This document shows positions 15,341-27,470 of a stretch of DNA of 64,000 nucleotides, in pieces. Location of the stretch: contig OZ024756.1 of NCBI GenBank assembly GCA_964016885.1, positions 23,126,001 to 23,190,000 on the forward strand. The letters run 5' to 3'. Within the stretch, counting starts at the first letter, position 1, and every line of letters begins with the position of its first letter. A program made the translations under genes and the position numbers. A model generated the notes under the pieces. That model ran no database searches. It was not told the DNA's origin and saw only the letters and a list, made by a program, of their open reading frames with translations. This DNA comes from Eledone cirrhosa. Lineage: Eukaryota.

Positions 15341-15446
15341 AATATATATAATATATATAATATATATTATATAAAATATATAATATATATAATATATATA
15401 ATATATATAATATATATTATATATATAATATAATATATATATATAA

Positions 15447-15477
<31 letters not shown>

Positions 15478-15535
15478 ATATATATTATATAATATATATA
15501 TATAATACATATAATATATATATCTATCTATCTAT
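14642..15535. repeat. TA-derived satellite flanking the RTE 3' end
   Basis: tatataatatatatta-type units. Confidence 0.97.
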
Positions 15536-18500
15536 CTAAGGCGGGTAAAATTCCCGAGATCCATGGACGAGTTCTCTCCAGCGGTCTCTGTCCCCCATTA
15601 TCGCTGCCATGTCCTGCGTCTCCAACAGACCAGTGTCTGTCCTTAGGGCATCAACATATGTTAACCTTGGTCTTCCTCTTCCAGTGTGTCCATGTAGGGG
15701 CTCCCAAAGGAGCACGGAGTGCAATGTCAACTCTGGATGTCGGTGAGCATGTCCAGCCAACCTCAGTCTCCTCTGTGTCACTTTTGAGCTGACTTTTGGG
15801 AGGCTCCCATACAGCTCTGAGTTTTTTATCCTCAGTGTATACTGATTAATGTTCAGAGCCATCCTCAGCATTCTCGTGTAGCACCCATCCACCATCTGAG
15901 TGAGTCTCTTGGTCAGTGTCCAAGTCTCAGACCCACACAGCAGCACAGACTCCACTACAGCAATGAAGAGGCGGATTTTCAGGTCTCTACGAAGGTCCGA
16001 CTTCCACACCGATCTCAAGCTGTGGCACGCCGCCCAGGCCTTGCTCTTCCTCTCAACCACATCATCTTCCGTATTCCCAATCTTTGCTCCCAAATACAGG
16101 AAGTCCTCAACCAATTCCAGCGGCTTCCCGCCTACATTAGTGATCCCCTCTGGCTTCTCAACATTCTCTACCAGATATTTTGTTTTAGTCTCATTCATTC
16201 TCAGCCCCACACTCATCGACACAGTCTCAACCTCCCGCATCAAATCCTCTGCCTCCTTCACTGTATTTGTCACCAAAACTATGTCGTCGGCAAATTCAGC
16301 ATCCGATACCTTTTTCGCCCCAACTCTCCTGCTCTGAGCCGGTGCTACAGTAAAGCCAGAGTCCTGGTGTTTCTCCAGTGCAAGGCGCATACAATAGTCC
16401 ACTACGATGATAAAAAGGTAGGGAGCCAATGTATCTCCCTGGAGCACTCCAGCCAGTATCTCAAAGAACTCTGTCATCCCATCAGGTGTAATGACTTGGG
16501 CTTTGGTGTTGGTGTAGAGCAGTGATATCAGGTCCACTATCCTCTTGGGGATTCCATAAGCCTGTAAGATCTTCATCAGGCAGTAACGGTCCACAGAATC
16601 AAAGGCCTTCCTAAAGTCAATGAAAACCATGACCGCAGGAAGGCACTTTGCTCTAGCTCCCTCTAATATCCTCCTCAGCATCAGGATGTGACTGGTGGTT
16701 GATCTACCCTCTCTGAAGCCGTTCTGGTTGTCCCTGAGCTTCTTCTCCATCTCAGGCTGGATCCTGTTAAGAATCATCCTGTTGAGTGTCTTTGCCACAA
16801 GTGACGTCAGTGAGATCCCCCGGTAGTTGTTGGTGTTAGAGAGATCTCCCTTCTTTGGCACTGGGACGATGTTACTGATCCTCCACTGATTCGGGGCAAC
16901 TCCTTTCTCCAGTGCCCCGTTACAGAACCCCAGGATGATATCATCAAAATCACACCACTTCATCACCTCTGATGCTACTCCATCTTCTCCATGAGCCTTG
17001 CCCTCCTTGATCTTCTTCTTGGCTCTCTGAAGCTCCTCTCTGGTGAAGGGCTCTGTCTCAACATCCAGTTCCTCAAACAGCCGCCTGATCTCCCCAGTGA
17101 TCTGGGCTGTGGAGGGTGGCTCTCCTAGTAGGGTCCTAAAATGGTCTAGCCATTTCCTCTTCCTATCCTCGGGCCCCGTTCCCTGGATCTGACTCGAACA
17201 CCTTTTCTTCCTCCCTGTGATCTCGTTGATGATCATCCAGCTCTCCTTACATCCAGATCTGTCAACCGCTCTCTCCACACTTCTGATCTTCTCTATCAGT
17301 GCCTCCTCTCTGACCTCAGTGTAAGCGGTACAGAGCTCTTCCCTCATCACCTCCACAGTCTCCATCCTCTCCTCCGTAGGATCAGCATAGAATTGGTCCC
17401 TGGCAGCTTTCAGGTGTTCTCTGGCTGCACACACTTTTGGGTCTGCAGAGCCGACGTGCTTCCCTTTGTTCTTTTTCCTCGGCACCAGGGTTTCACTTGC
17501 TTTCGCCACTGCATTGGTGAAGTGCCCGTACCTCCTCGTCACACTCTCCTCAGTCCATCCAATCTCTCTCTCCTCTGACTCTCCACACAGAGCACTAAAC
17601 CTGTTTCTCACTTCCACTGTGAACCTCTCCTGTAGCTTATCATCTTCCTTGAAAGCTCCCCAGTCATAGATTGTTCTCCGGGGCTGAGCCTTGCTCTTTC
17701 TTAAGCTCACGCGGACCTCACTCATAACAAGCCGGTGGTCACTACCCAGTGTACTGAAATAGCTGTATGGTTCCGTGTTCAGAACACTATTCCGCCACTT
17801 TTTCCTCACCAGAATGAAATCAATCTGGGACTTGGACAGGTGCATATCTGAGATGTAGGTCCACATCTTCCCCAGATTCTTCCTAAACCTTAGGTTGGTC
17901 GCCATCAAGTTCGCCTCCAGCAGGGTGTCTCTCAGTAGTCTTCCATTTCGGTTGGTGTTGTTATGGAAGTACCAGCAAGGATCTTCACTGCCCTCCTTAC
18001 TCAGATGTGCATTGAAGTCCCCCAAAACAAGCAGGATATTGTGTGCCTGAGTGGTGTTGACAGCTCTACACACTTCCTCATGGAACTCCTCGGCATTCAC
18101 ATCACTGTCCCCCTCGGTTGGACTATAGGCTGAGATGACTGTCAGTCTTGGGTTTCCATTGAAGGTCACCCTCAACACTCGCGGGGAGATAGGCATTATT
18201 TCCCTCACCAACAGATTGGTTTTTGCACTGAACACAAAACCCACTCCTCCTACTGCAGCATTTGTTGTGTTCTTCACTGCCGATGTAGTGATGAGCTGGC
18301 TCTTCCTCCCGATCATCACACTCCTCACGGGCTCATCGTGTAGAATCCTGTGTTCTTGGATCGCAAGTATCTGTATACCACTCTCCTCGAACAGATGTCC
18401 CAACTCCTCTCTCTTCTCCAGCGTTCGAATAGTCCTCACATTCAAAGTGCCCATTTTGATGGCTCTTCTGCAGGACAAAACTGCATTCTTTATATTTGTC

Positions 18501-18846
18501 TCAGAGACAGCTGATCCATCATCCACTGGCCCTCTCTGTGGCTCTAAGCCAGCAGAGTCATAACGACCAGGCTGCTCCTTGACAGCGTAATTAGGGGCTC
18601 TAACCCTAGTGCTGTTAGATCGACTCTCCATATTTCTTTTCAATGGCTGACAATACCTTACCGGCGCCACTCGAATAAGGTAGTTATTTAACCCATAAAT
18701 GGAGCCCTAACAGGTACTACCACCCCGGGCCAGGGCAGACCTGGGAGTCATGACAACTAAGGGGTAACTCCATATTCCCCACATCTCCTGAACTCCCGAA
18801 CTGGAGCCTTGCCACTGGATGTAGTTTAATGTCATACCCAAGACAA
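15520..18846 (-). mobile_element. Near full-length RTE LINE with about 180-bp 5' UTR and (TAGA)n tail, inserted in (TA)n microsatellite
   Basis: GC-richer 3.3-kb block bounded on both sides by TA-type microsatellite. Tail is tatctatctatcta on +, i.e. (TAGA)n, directly after the ORF. Confidence 0.93.
15536..18670 (-). CDS. RTE-clade non-LTR retrotransposon ORF (APE endonuclease + reverse transcriptase), uninterrupted, about 1040 aa; first ATG at 18631 (MESRSN)
   Basis: APE motifs GTLNVRT, LAIQEHR, GVGF, SAYSPT, LGDFNAH, SQIDFIL, SDHRLV. RT motifs PVPKKGD..NYRGISL, QNGFREGRST, FIDFRKAFDSV, GVLQGDTLAPYLF, FADD, FLYLG. RTE-type C-terminus RRLRLAGH..GRPRLTY..DRDRWR. No stops or frameshifts. Confidence 0.97.
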   Translation of the reverse strand: MAPVRYCQPLKRNMESRSNSTRVRAPNYAVKEQPGRYDSAGLEPQRGPVDDGSAVSETNIKNAVLSCRRAIKMGTLNVRTIRTLEKREELGHLFEESGIQILAIQEHRILHDEPVRSVMIGRKSQLITTSAVKNTTNAAVGGVGFVFSAKTNLLVREIMPISPRVLRVTFNGNPRLTVISAYSPTEGDSDVNAEEFHEEVCRAVNTTQAHNILLVLGDFNAHLSKEGSEDPCWYFHNNTNRNGRLLRDTLLEANLMATNLRFRKNLGKMWTYISDMHLSKSQIDFILVRKKWRNSVLNTEPYSYFSTLGSDHRLVMSEVRVSLRKSKAQPRRTIYDWGAFKEDDKLQERFTVEVRNRFSALCGESEEREIGWTEESVTRRYGHFTNAVAKASETLVPRKKNKGKHVGSADPKVCAAREHLKAARDQFYADPTEERMETVEVMREELCTAYTEVREEALIEKIRSVERAVDRSGCKESWMIINEITGRKKRCSSQIQGTGPEDRKRKWLDHFRTLLGEPPSTAQITGEIRRLFEELDVETEPFTREELQRAKKKIKEGKAHGEDGVASEVMKWCDFDDIILGFCNGALEKGVAPNQWRISNIVPVPKKGDLSNTNNYRGISLTSLVAKTLNRMILNRIQPEMEKKLRDNQNGFREGRSTTSHILMLRRILEGARAKCLPAVMVFIDFRKAFDSVDRYCLMKILQAYGIPKRIVDLISLLYTNTKAQVITPDGMTEFFEILAGVLQGDTLAPYLFIIVVDYCMRLALEKHQDSGFTVAPAQSRRVGAKKVSDAEFADDIVLVTNTVKEAEDLMREVETVSMSVGLRMNETKTKYLVENVEKPEGITNVGGKPLELVEDFLYLGAKIGNTEDDVVERKSKAWAACHSLRSVWKSDLRRDLKIRLFIAVVESVLLCGSETWTLTKRLTQMVDGCYTRMLRMALNINQYTLRIKNSELYGSLPKVSSKVTQRRLRLAGHAHRHPELTLHSVLLWEPLHGHTGRGRPRLTYVDALRTDTGLLETQDMAAIMGDRDRWRELVHGSREFYPP

Positions 18847-19391
18847 TATATATATATATATATAATATATATTATATATATTATATATATATATAAATAT
18901 ATATAATGACTGAGATAGGTAAATGCATGCATACATATATACATATATACATACATATATATATACATACATATACATAAATACATATATGTATATATAC
19001 ATATACATAAATACATATATGTATATATACATATACATAAATACATATATATATATACATACATATACATACATATATGTATATATACATACATATACAT
19101 ACATATATGTATATATACATACATATACATATAGATAAATACATATATGTATATATACATATACATAAATTCATATATATATACATACATATACATAAAT
19201 ACATATATATATATACATACATATACATAAATACATATATATATACATATACATAAATACATATATACATATACATAAATACATATATACATATACATAA
19301 ATACATATATATATATACATACACATATATATATATATATACACATATATATATATATATATATATACATACACATATATATATATATATA

Positions 19392-19422
<31 letters not shown>

Positions 19423-19446
19423 ACACATATATATATATATATACAC

Positions 19447-19477
<31 letters not shown>

Positions 19478-19652
19478 TATATATATATATATACATACAC
19501 ATATATACATACACATATATATATATATATATATATACATACACATATATATATACATACACATACATATACCTACACATACATACATATATATATACAT
19601 ATACATACATATACCTACACATACATACATATATATATATACATATACATAC

Positions 19653-19684
<32 letters not shown>

Positions 19685-19711
19685 ATACATATACCTACAC
19701 ATACATATATA
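18847..19711. repeat. Compound (TA)/(TACA) microsatellite flanking the RTE 5' end
   Basis: Direct reading. Confidence 0.97.
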
Positions 19712-20018
19712 TTGGATCGTTAAGTATAAAATTTGTAGAAAATTGTTTTTGTTTTGTTTTTTTCTAGAAATTTCTACAAATTTCATACTTGACAACCCAA
19801 CACACAACGCGCGCGCGCAAAGTATGCTGTGCTCATAAGCTTATAAAAGAGGGTGAATGCCCTTAAAGAAGAGAAAAGAAGTTGTCATTGACCGCTACGA
19901 GGAGTCAAACCCTGTGTCTCCCAGATAATATATTCGTGCGTGTTTTGTTTTATCATCAAGTTGGATAGTCCGTGTCACTTCTTCGTAACATTTTTAATTT
20001 GGTCTATTTTCCATCAGA

Positions 20019-20074
<56 letters not shown>

Positions 20075-20076
<2 letters not shown>

Positions 20077-20206
20077 TGTGGTAAGAAACCAGGTGGACCA
20101 TAACGCACCAGAGTACTCGATACTTAGGGTAGTAGAGTGGTTAATAGGAAAAGAGTAAGGACCAGATGGCTGAGATCAGCCGTCGGGGTCCTGACTCTTT
20201 TCCTAT
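20075..20206 (+). mobile_element. Fold-back element family F, copy 1
   Basis: Unique arm gtgtggtaagaaaccaggtggaccataacgcaccagagtact...gggtagtagagtgg, then an about 30-bp-arm hairpin at 20144-20206; flanked by (TA)n. Confidence 0.8.
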
Positions 20207-20327
20207 ATATATATATATATATATATAAGCAGAAGGGATATTCAATTTGTTGGTAATTTAACAAATATAAATGTTTATAACTGATTCAGAGCACTCGACA
20301 GTTTTTCTAGAGTATAATATTCAATGA

Positions 20328-21143
20328 TATTAAATAAATGGAAACTATATTTATAAAACCATATTTATTCTATTATATATATATTTCAAGGGTACCAAAG
20401 CTTTGGTACGCTATCATCAGATAAAATACTAAGTGTGTTTTATAAATTTTGACATAACCAAAGAAAATACCTTAACGGTTCAAGTTTTCCTTGGATAGTG
20501 AAAGGATAAGAGAAGAAAAGTCAGATATTTCAAATTGTTAAGAGGAATATGCAAATGAGGTTGAGGTAAAGGGCTGAAAAAACGTTATTTTAGACGCTAT
20601 GGAGAATTTAAATAATTATGATATGTGTTTGTATGCGTAGGAAAGAAGAAAAAGGAAGAAGAGCTTGTATTTACGTTAATTTGGAGAAAAAGGTGGAATG
20701 TGATTCCAGAGTTTAAATTTAAATTTATTTACTTATATTATGAGTTATAATATTGTATATATAATCAATTAGATTATATGAAGAATTATGGTTGTAAGTA
20801 TTTTTATCTTATTACATTACAATAGGTTATATATATATAAATATCTATATAGATTAATAATTGTGCATGTATTGGTATTATAGAAATAGAAATAATTTAC
20901 AATTATTAGGTGTTTATATTTCTAATATGAGTTACGAAGGATATTGATTTTGTATTTTACATAAACAAATAGGTGGTTCAAGATGTGAGAGGAGAACAAT
21001 TTGTAGATTCGAATATTTTGTTCAACATTAAAAATTATATACATTGAAATATATATATAATAGAATAAATATGGTTTTATAAATATAGTTTCCATTTATA
21101 AATATAGTTTCCATTTATAAATATAGTTTCCATTTATTTAATA
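20328..21143 (-). mobile_element. Penelope-like remnant bounded by an about 60-bp inverted repeat
   Basis: 20328-20389 is inverted at 21044-21143 (the latter with an internal tandem triplication of ataaatatagtttccattt). The left arm overlaps the hammerhead. Confidence 0.55.
20366..20428 (-). ncRNA. Type I minimal hammerhead ribozyme motif
   Basis: On minus: stem I tattttat/atagaata (8 bp), CUGAUGA, stem II gtaccaaag/ctttggtac, GAAA, palindromic stem III AUAUAUAUAU, cleavage after A. The base of stem II is mismatched. Confidence 0.72.
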
Positions 21144-22298
21144 TGTATATTAAATGTATATATATATATATAACGAGTATCTCGTTAAGCCAGATTTCAA
21201 ATAAACTGAATGTTAAGACTGTGATGTCTTTTTGTGAGTCTTGTCTTTATCCACCATCGACGGATATCACTGTCGTAGGTTTGTCATGTGAGCGCAGCAC
21301 AATCACTTGAAATGGTAATGCCATCTTTTTTCCTTATATATATATATATATAAAGACGGGATTATTTGGTTACTGTTTAGCAAAATATATTCGACTAATT
21401 GGCTTAGAGAAGATGTCAACAGATCAGAATAGCTCTACAAAAGTTGATATCTGTACATCTGTTAATCGGGGAATATGTGCTTCTTTTATAAGAAACCTCG
21501 AAAGAGAATGAAGTTCGTAATGGTTGTTACCAGCTTTGGTCCGTGTTTAACCATTTGATAGTAGACAATATTGTGAATAATTAAGTGTTGCTAGCGCTTA
21601 GAAAAGATGCAATGCTCAGGTAAATCACAGAGGTAACAAATTTAAACGAACTCCAACCAAAATTAAACAGAAAACATGAGTGGAATAGCAACATCACCAC
21701 TAGTAATTAAGGACAAAATGACCAAACTAACAAAACAAATCAGACACACATAGATAGAACTAACAACCAACTAGTGACAAATAAATAAACACATAAATAA
21801 ATAAAAACACGCACACCTGGATGTAACACCTGCTCAAACTAAACACACAACACACAAAAACAAAATGATGTGGGAAAGAGCAAAGGAGAGAGACACAAAA
21901 TAAAAACCTAGTCACTGAGTAGGCCACAGAATGTGTGACGAAAGAGCTTTGACAATATATAAACAACCTTCCGATTATCGAACCAACCAACTAACCGGAA
22001 AATTTATAATAAATTGAAGTGAAAACCAACAGGTGCGTGTGTTTTGGCAACATGACCCTCCCAAAGTATAATATATATATATATATCACTGTTGATTCAG
22101 AAACACATGTCTGACATTCTCACACGGATACAGTTAAATTATTCGTAGCACGACTCGTGTGTGTATTATAAGTAAACATATATGTGTGTGTATGTGGATG
22201 TGTCTGTAGAAACAGAAGGGAGAGTTCCCCGAATTGTGTGTACGTGTATATAAAGAGAGACACCCGAAGTATGTTTGTGTGCATAAACACGCATGCAT

Positions 22299-22418
<120 letters not shown>

Positions 22419-22920
22419 GTGCGTGCGTGGGTGCGTGTGCGTGTTTATATTGCTTATAAACTATCACATCAAATAAAAATTAGCTCAATCACTAGAGGCA
22501 TACTTACGCACCATAGACCACAGACAGACACAGACACAGACACACACACACACACACACACACAAAGAGATACACATATGCGCAATAGACTACACACACA
22601 CACACACACACATCCATACATACGCGTAATAGACTACACACACAGTAACACACACACACAAAGAGACGCATACGAGCAATAGACTACACACACTACTACA
22701 TAACTAACATTCAGACGTACGTCCATATTTCTTTTTCTATAATGACTGAACTGTAAGACGAAATCAATTATGCCTATATATTTCCTATATATTAGAGAAC
22801 CAAGCTCACTTTACGTCCCTTGACAAATGAGACCATCCTCCGAAATGTCTAGTCATGTTTCTATGTTAAAAATCAATATTATATTCCTTACAAGAGTAAT
22901 GCATTTTATAATTATAATAA

Positions 22921-23716
22921 TTGTTACTATTTTTGGCACAAGACCAGCAATTATCCCAATGCATTACTGGTACTTTATTTTATCCACCCCGTAAGGATGA
23001 AAGGCAAAGTTAACCTCAGCGAGATTTGAACTCAGATCATAAAGGGCCGTAACTCTGTACTGCTAAACATGGTGTCCGACCCTCCACCGATACTGCCAAT
23101 CCAACAGTAATGCATTTTACAATTATAATAATGGTTTCTGATTTAAGCACAAGGCCGACAATTCTGGGGGAAAGGGAAAGTCGATTAAATCGACCTCTGT
23201 GCATTACTGGTACTTTATTTTATCTTCTCCGTAAGGATGAAAGGCAAAGCTAATCTCGGCGGGATTTGAACTCAAAATATAAAGGGACGTAACTATATGC
23301 CCCAAAGCATAATGTCCGACCTTCTACCGATTACTGCCCTAATAGTAATTGTTTCTACTTTAGGCACAAGGCCTGCGATGCTGGGGGAGGGGAAATCGAT
23401 TAAATCGACCTCAGTGCCTTACTGGTACTTTATTTTATCGAGCCTGCAATGGTGAATGGCAAAGCTAACCTCAGCGGGATTTGAATTCAGAACGTAAAGG
23501 ATAATAACTATAACATGAAGCATGTTGTCCGATGCTCTACCGATACTGCCAAAATGCCAGCAATGTCGGTTAAATCGACCCCAGTGTATTACTGGTCCTT
23601 TGTTTCATCGACCTCCTAAGGATGAAAGGCAAAGTTAACCTCGGCAGGATTTCAACTCAGAAAGTAAAGCGACGTAATTATAGGCTACAAAGTATGTTGT
23701 CGGATGCTCTACCGAT
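22921..23716 (-). mobile_element. Four head-to-tail SINE A copies
   Basis: Four repeats of the actggtactttattttatc..ggatgaaaggcaaag..gatttgaactcag core. Confidence 0.9.
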
Positions 23717-23718
23717 TC

Positions 23719-26700
23719 TACAACAGCAGCAGCAACAATAACAGTAGTGACAACAACAGCAGCATCAATAACAGTAACAGCAGCAACAATAACAGTAGTG
23801 ACAACAGCAGCAGCAGCAATAACAGTAACAAAAGCAACAATAACAGTAGTGACAACAGCAGCAGCAGCAATAACAGTAACAGCAGCAACAATAACAGTAG
23901 CGACAACAACAGCAGCAGCAATAACAGTAACAGCAGCAACAATAACAGTAGTGACAACAGCAGCAGCAGCAATAACAGTAACAACAGCAACAATAACAGT
24001 AGTGACAACAACAGCAGCAGCAATAACAGTAACAGCAGCAACAATAACAGTAGTGACAACAACAGCAGCAGCAATAACAGTAACAGCAGCAACAATAACA
24101 GTAGCGACAACAACAGCAGCAGCAATAACAGTAACAGCAGCAACAATAACAGTAGTGACAACAGCAGCAGCAGCAATAACAGTAACAACAGCAACAATAA
24201 CAGTAGTGACAACAACAGCAGCAGCAATAACAGTAACAGCAGCAACAATAACAGTAGTGACAACAACAGCAGCAGCAATAACAGTAACAGCAGCCGCAAT
24301 AACAGTAGTGACAACAACAGCAGCAGCAATAACAGTAACAACAGCAACAATAACAGTAGTGACAACAACAGCAGCAGCAATAACAGTAACAGCAGCAACA
24401 ATAACAGTAGTGACAACAGCAGCAGCAGCAATAACAGTAACAGCAGCAGCAATAACAGTAGTGACAACAGCAGCAGCAGCAATAACAGTAACAGCAGCAA
24501 CAATAACAGTAGCGACAACAGCAGCAGCAGCAATAACAGTAACAGCAGCAACAATAACAGTAGTGACAACAACAGCAGCAACAATAACAGTAACAGCAGC
24601 AACAATAACAGTAGTGACAAAAACAGCAGCAGCAATAACAGTAACAACAGCAACAATAACAGTAGTGACAACAACAGCAGCAGCAATAACAGTAACAACA
24701 GCAACAATAACAGTAGTGACAACAACAGCAGCAGCAATAACAGTAACAACAGCAACAATAACAGTAGTGACAACAACAGCAGCAGCAATAACAGTAACAA
24801 CAGCAACAATAACAGTAGTGACAACAACAGCAGCAGCAATAACAGTAACAGCAGCAACAATAACAGTAGTGACAACAACAGCAGCAGCAATAACAGTAAC
24901 AGCAGCAACAATAACAGTAGTGACAACAGCAGCAGCAGCAATAACAGTAACAGCAGCAACAATAACAGTAGTGACAACAACAGCAGCAGCAATAACAGTA
25001 ACAGCAGCAACAATAACAGTAGTGACAACAACAGCAGCAGCAATAACAGTAACAACAGCAACAATAACAGTAGTGACAACAACAGCAGCAGCAATAACAG
25101 TAACAGCAGCAACAATAACAGTAGTGACAACAACAGCAGCAGCAATAACAGTAACAGCAGCCGCAATAACAGTAGTGACAACAACAGCAGCAGCAATAAC
25201 AGTAACAACAGCAACAATAACAGTAGTGACAACAACAGCAGCAGCAATAACAGTAACAGCAGCAACAATAACAGTAGTGACAACAGCAGCAGCAGCAATA
25301 ACAGTAACAGCAGCAGCAATAACAGTAGTGACAACAGCAGCAGCAGCAATAACAGTAACAGCAGCAACAATAACAGTAGCGACAACAGCAGCAGCAGCAA
25401 TAACAGTAACAGCAGCAACAATAACAGTAGTGACAACAACAGCAGCAACAATAACAGTAACAGCAGCAACAATAACAGTAGTGACAAAAACAGCAGCAGC
25501 AATAACAGTAACAACAGCAACAATAACAGTAGTGACAACAACAGCAGCAGCAATAACAGTAACAACAGCAACAATAACAGTAGTGACAACAACAGCAGCA
25601 GCAATAACAGTAACAACAGCAACAATAACAGTAGTGACAACAACAGCAGCAGCAATAACAGTAACAACAGCAACAATAACAGTAGTGACAACAACAGCAG
25701 CAGCAATAACAGTAACAGCAGCAACAATAACAGTAGTGACAACAACAGCAGCAGCAATAACAGTAACAGCAGCAACAATAACAGTAGTGACAACAGCAGC
25801 AGCAGCAATAACAGTAACAGCAGCAACAATAACAGTAGTGACAACAACAGCAGCAGCAATAACAGTAACAGCAGCAACAATAACAGTAGTGACAACAACA
25901 GCAGCAGCAATAACAGTAACAACAGCAACAATAACAGTAGTGACAACAACAGCAGCAGCAATAACAGTAACAGCAGCAACAATAACAGTAGTGACAACAG
26001 CAGCAGCAGCAATAACAGTAACAGCAGCAACAATAACAGTAGTGACAACCACAGCAGCAGCAATAACAGTAACAGCAGCAACAATAACAGTAGTGACACA
26101 GCAGCAGCAGCAATAACAGTAACAGCAGCAACAATAACAGTAGTGACAACAGCAGCAGCAACAATAACAGTAACAGCAGCAACAATAACAGTAGTGACAA
26201 CAACAGCAGCAGCAATAACAGTAACAGCAGCCGCAATAACAGTAGTGACAACAACAGCAGCAGCAATAACAGTAACAGCAGCAACAATAACAGTAGTGAC
26301 AACAACAGCAGCAGCAATAACAGTAACAGCAGCAACAATAACAGTAGTGACAACAACAGCAGCAGCAATAACAGTAACAGCAGCAACAATAACAGTAGTG
26401 ACAACAACAGCAGCAGCAATAACAGTAACAGCAGCAACAATAACAGTAGTGACAACAACAGCAGCAGCAATAACAGTAACAACAGCAACAATAACAGTAG
26501 TGACAACAACAGCAGCAGCAATAACAGTAACAGCAGTAACAATAACAGTAGTGACAACAACAGCAGCAGCAATAACAGTAACAACAGCAACAATAACAGT
26601 AGTGACAACAACAGCAGCAGCAATAACAGTAACAGCAGCAACAATAACAGTAGTGACAACAACAGCAGCAGCAATAACAGTAACAGCAGCAACAATAACA

Positions 26701-27470
26701 GTAGTGACAACAACAGCAGCAGCAATAACAGTAACAGCAGCAACAATAACAGTAGTGACAACAGCAGCAGCAGCAATAACAGTAACAGCAGCAACAATAA
26801 CAGTAGTGACAACAGCAGCAGCAGCAATAACAGTAACAGCAGCAACAATAACAGTAGTGACAACAACAGCAGCAGCAATAACAGTAACAGCAGCCGCAAT
26901 AACAGTAGTGACAACAACAGCAGCAGCAATAACAGTAACAGCAGCAACAATAACAGTAGTGACAACAGCAGCAGCAGCAATAACAGTAACAGCAGCAACA
27001 ATAACAGTAGTGACAACAACAGCAGCAGCAATAACAGTAACAGCAGCAACAATAACAGTAGTGACAACAACAGCAGCAGCAATAACAGTAACAGCAGCAA
27101 CAATAACAGTAGTGACAACATCAGCAGCAGCAATAACAGTAACAGCAGCAACAATAACAGTAGTGACAACAACAGCAGCAGCAATAACAGTAACAGCAGC
27201 AACAATAACAGTAGTGACAACAGCAGCAGCAGAAATAACAGTAACAGCAGCAACAATAACAGTAGTGACAACAACAGCAGCAGCAATAACAGTAACAGCG
27301 GCAAAAATAACAGTAGTGACAACAACAGCAGCAGCAATAACAGTAACAGCAGCAACAATAACAGTAGTGACAAGAACAGCAGCAGCAATAACAGTAACAG
27401 CAGCAACAATAACAGTAGTGACAACAACAGCAGCAGCAATAACAGTAACAGCAGCAACAACAACAGTAGT
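23719..27470. repeat. 51-bp minisatellite (about 73 units) built from ACA/GCA/ATA/GTA triplets
   Basis: Unit acaacagcagcagcaataacagtaacagcagcaacaataacagtagtgaca; 17-residue periodicity in the ORF track. Confidence 0.97.

Noticed and set aside
15900-18563. Plus-strand ORFs inside the LINE
   Set aside because: Antisense shadows of the RT ORF.
18800-18846. HDV-like ribozyme at the RTE 5' end (tgtc-N8-gaca-ttaa), and a similar idea for the 33665 family (ggcgactaa)
   Set aside because: Only a P4/J4-2-like piece is visible; no full nested double pseudoknot could be built, and the RTE copy lacks the catalytic C.
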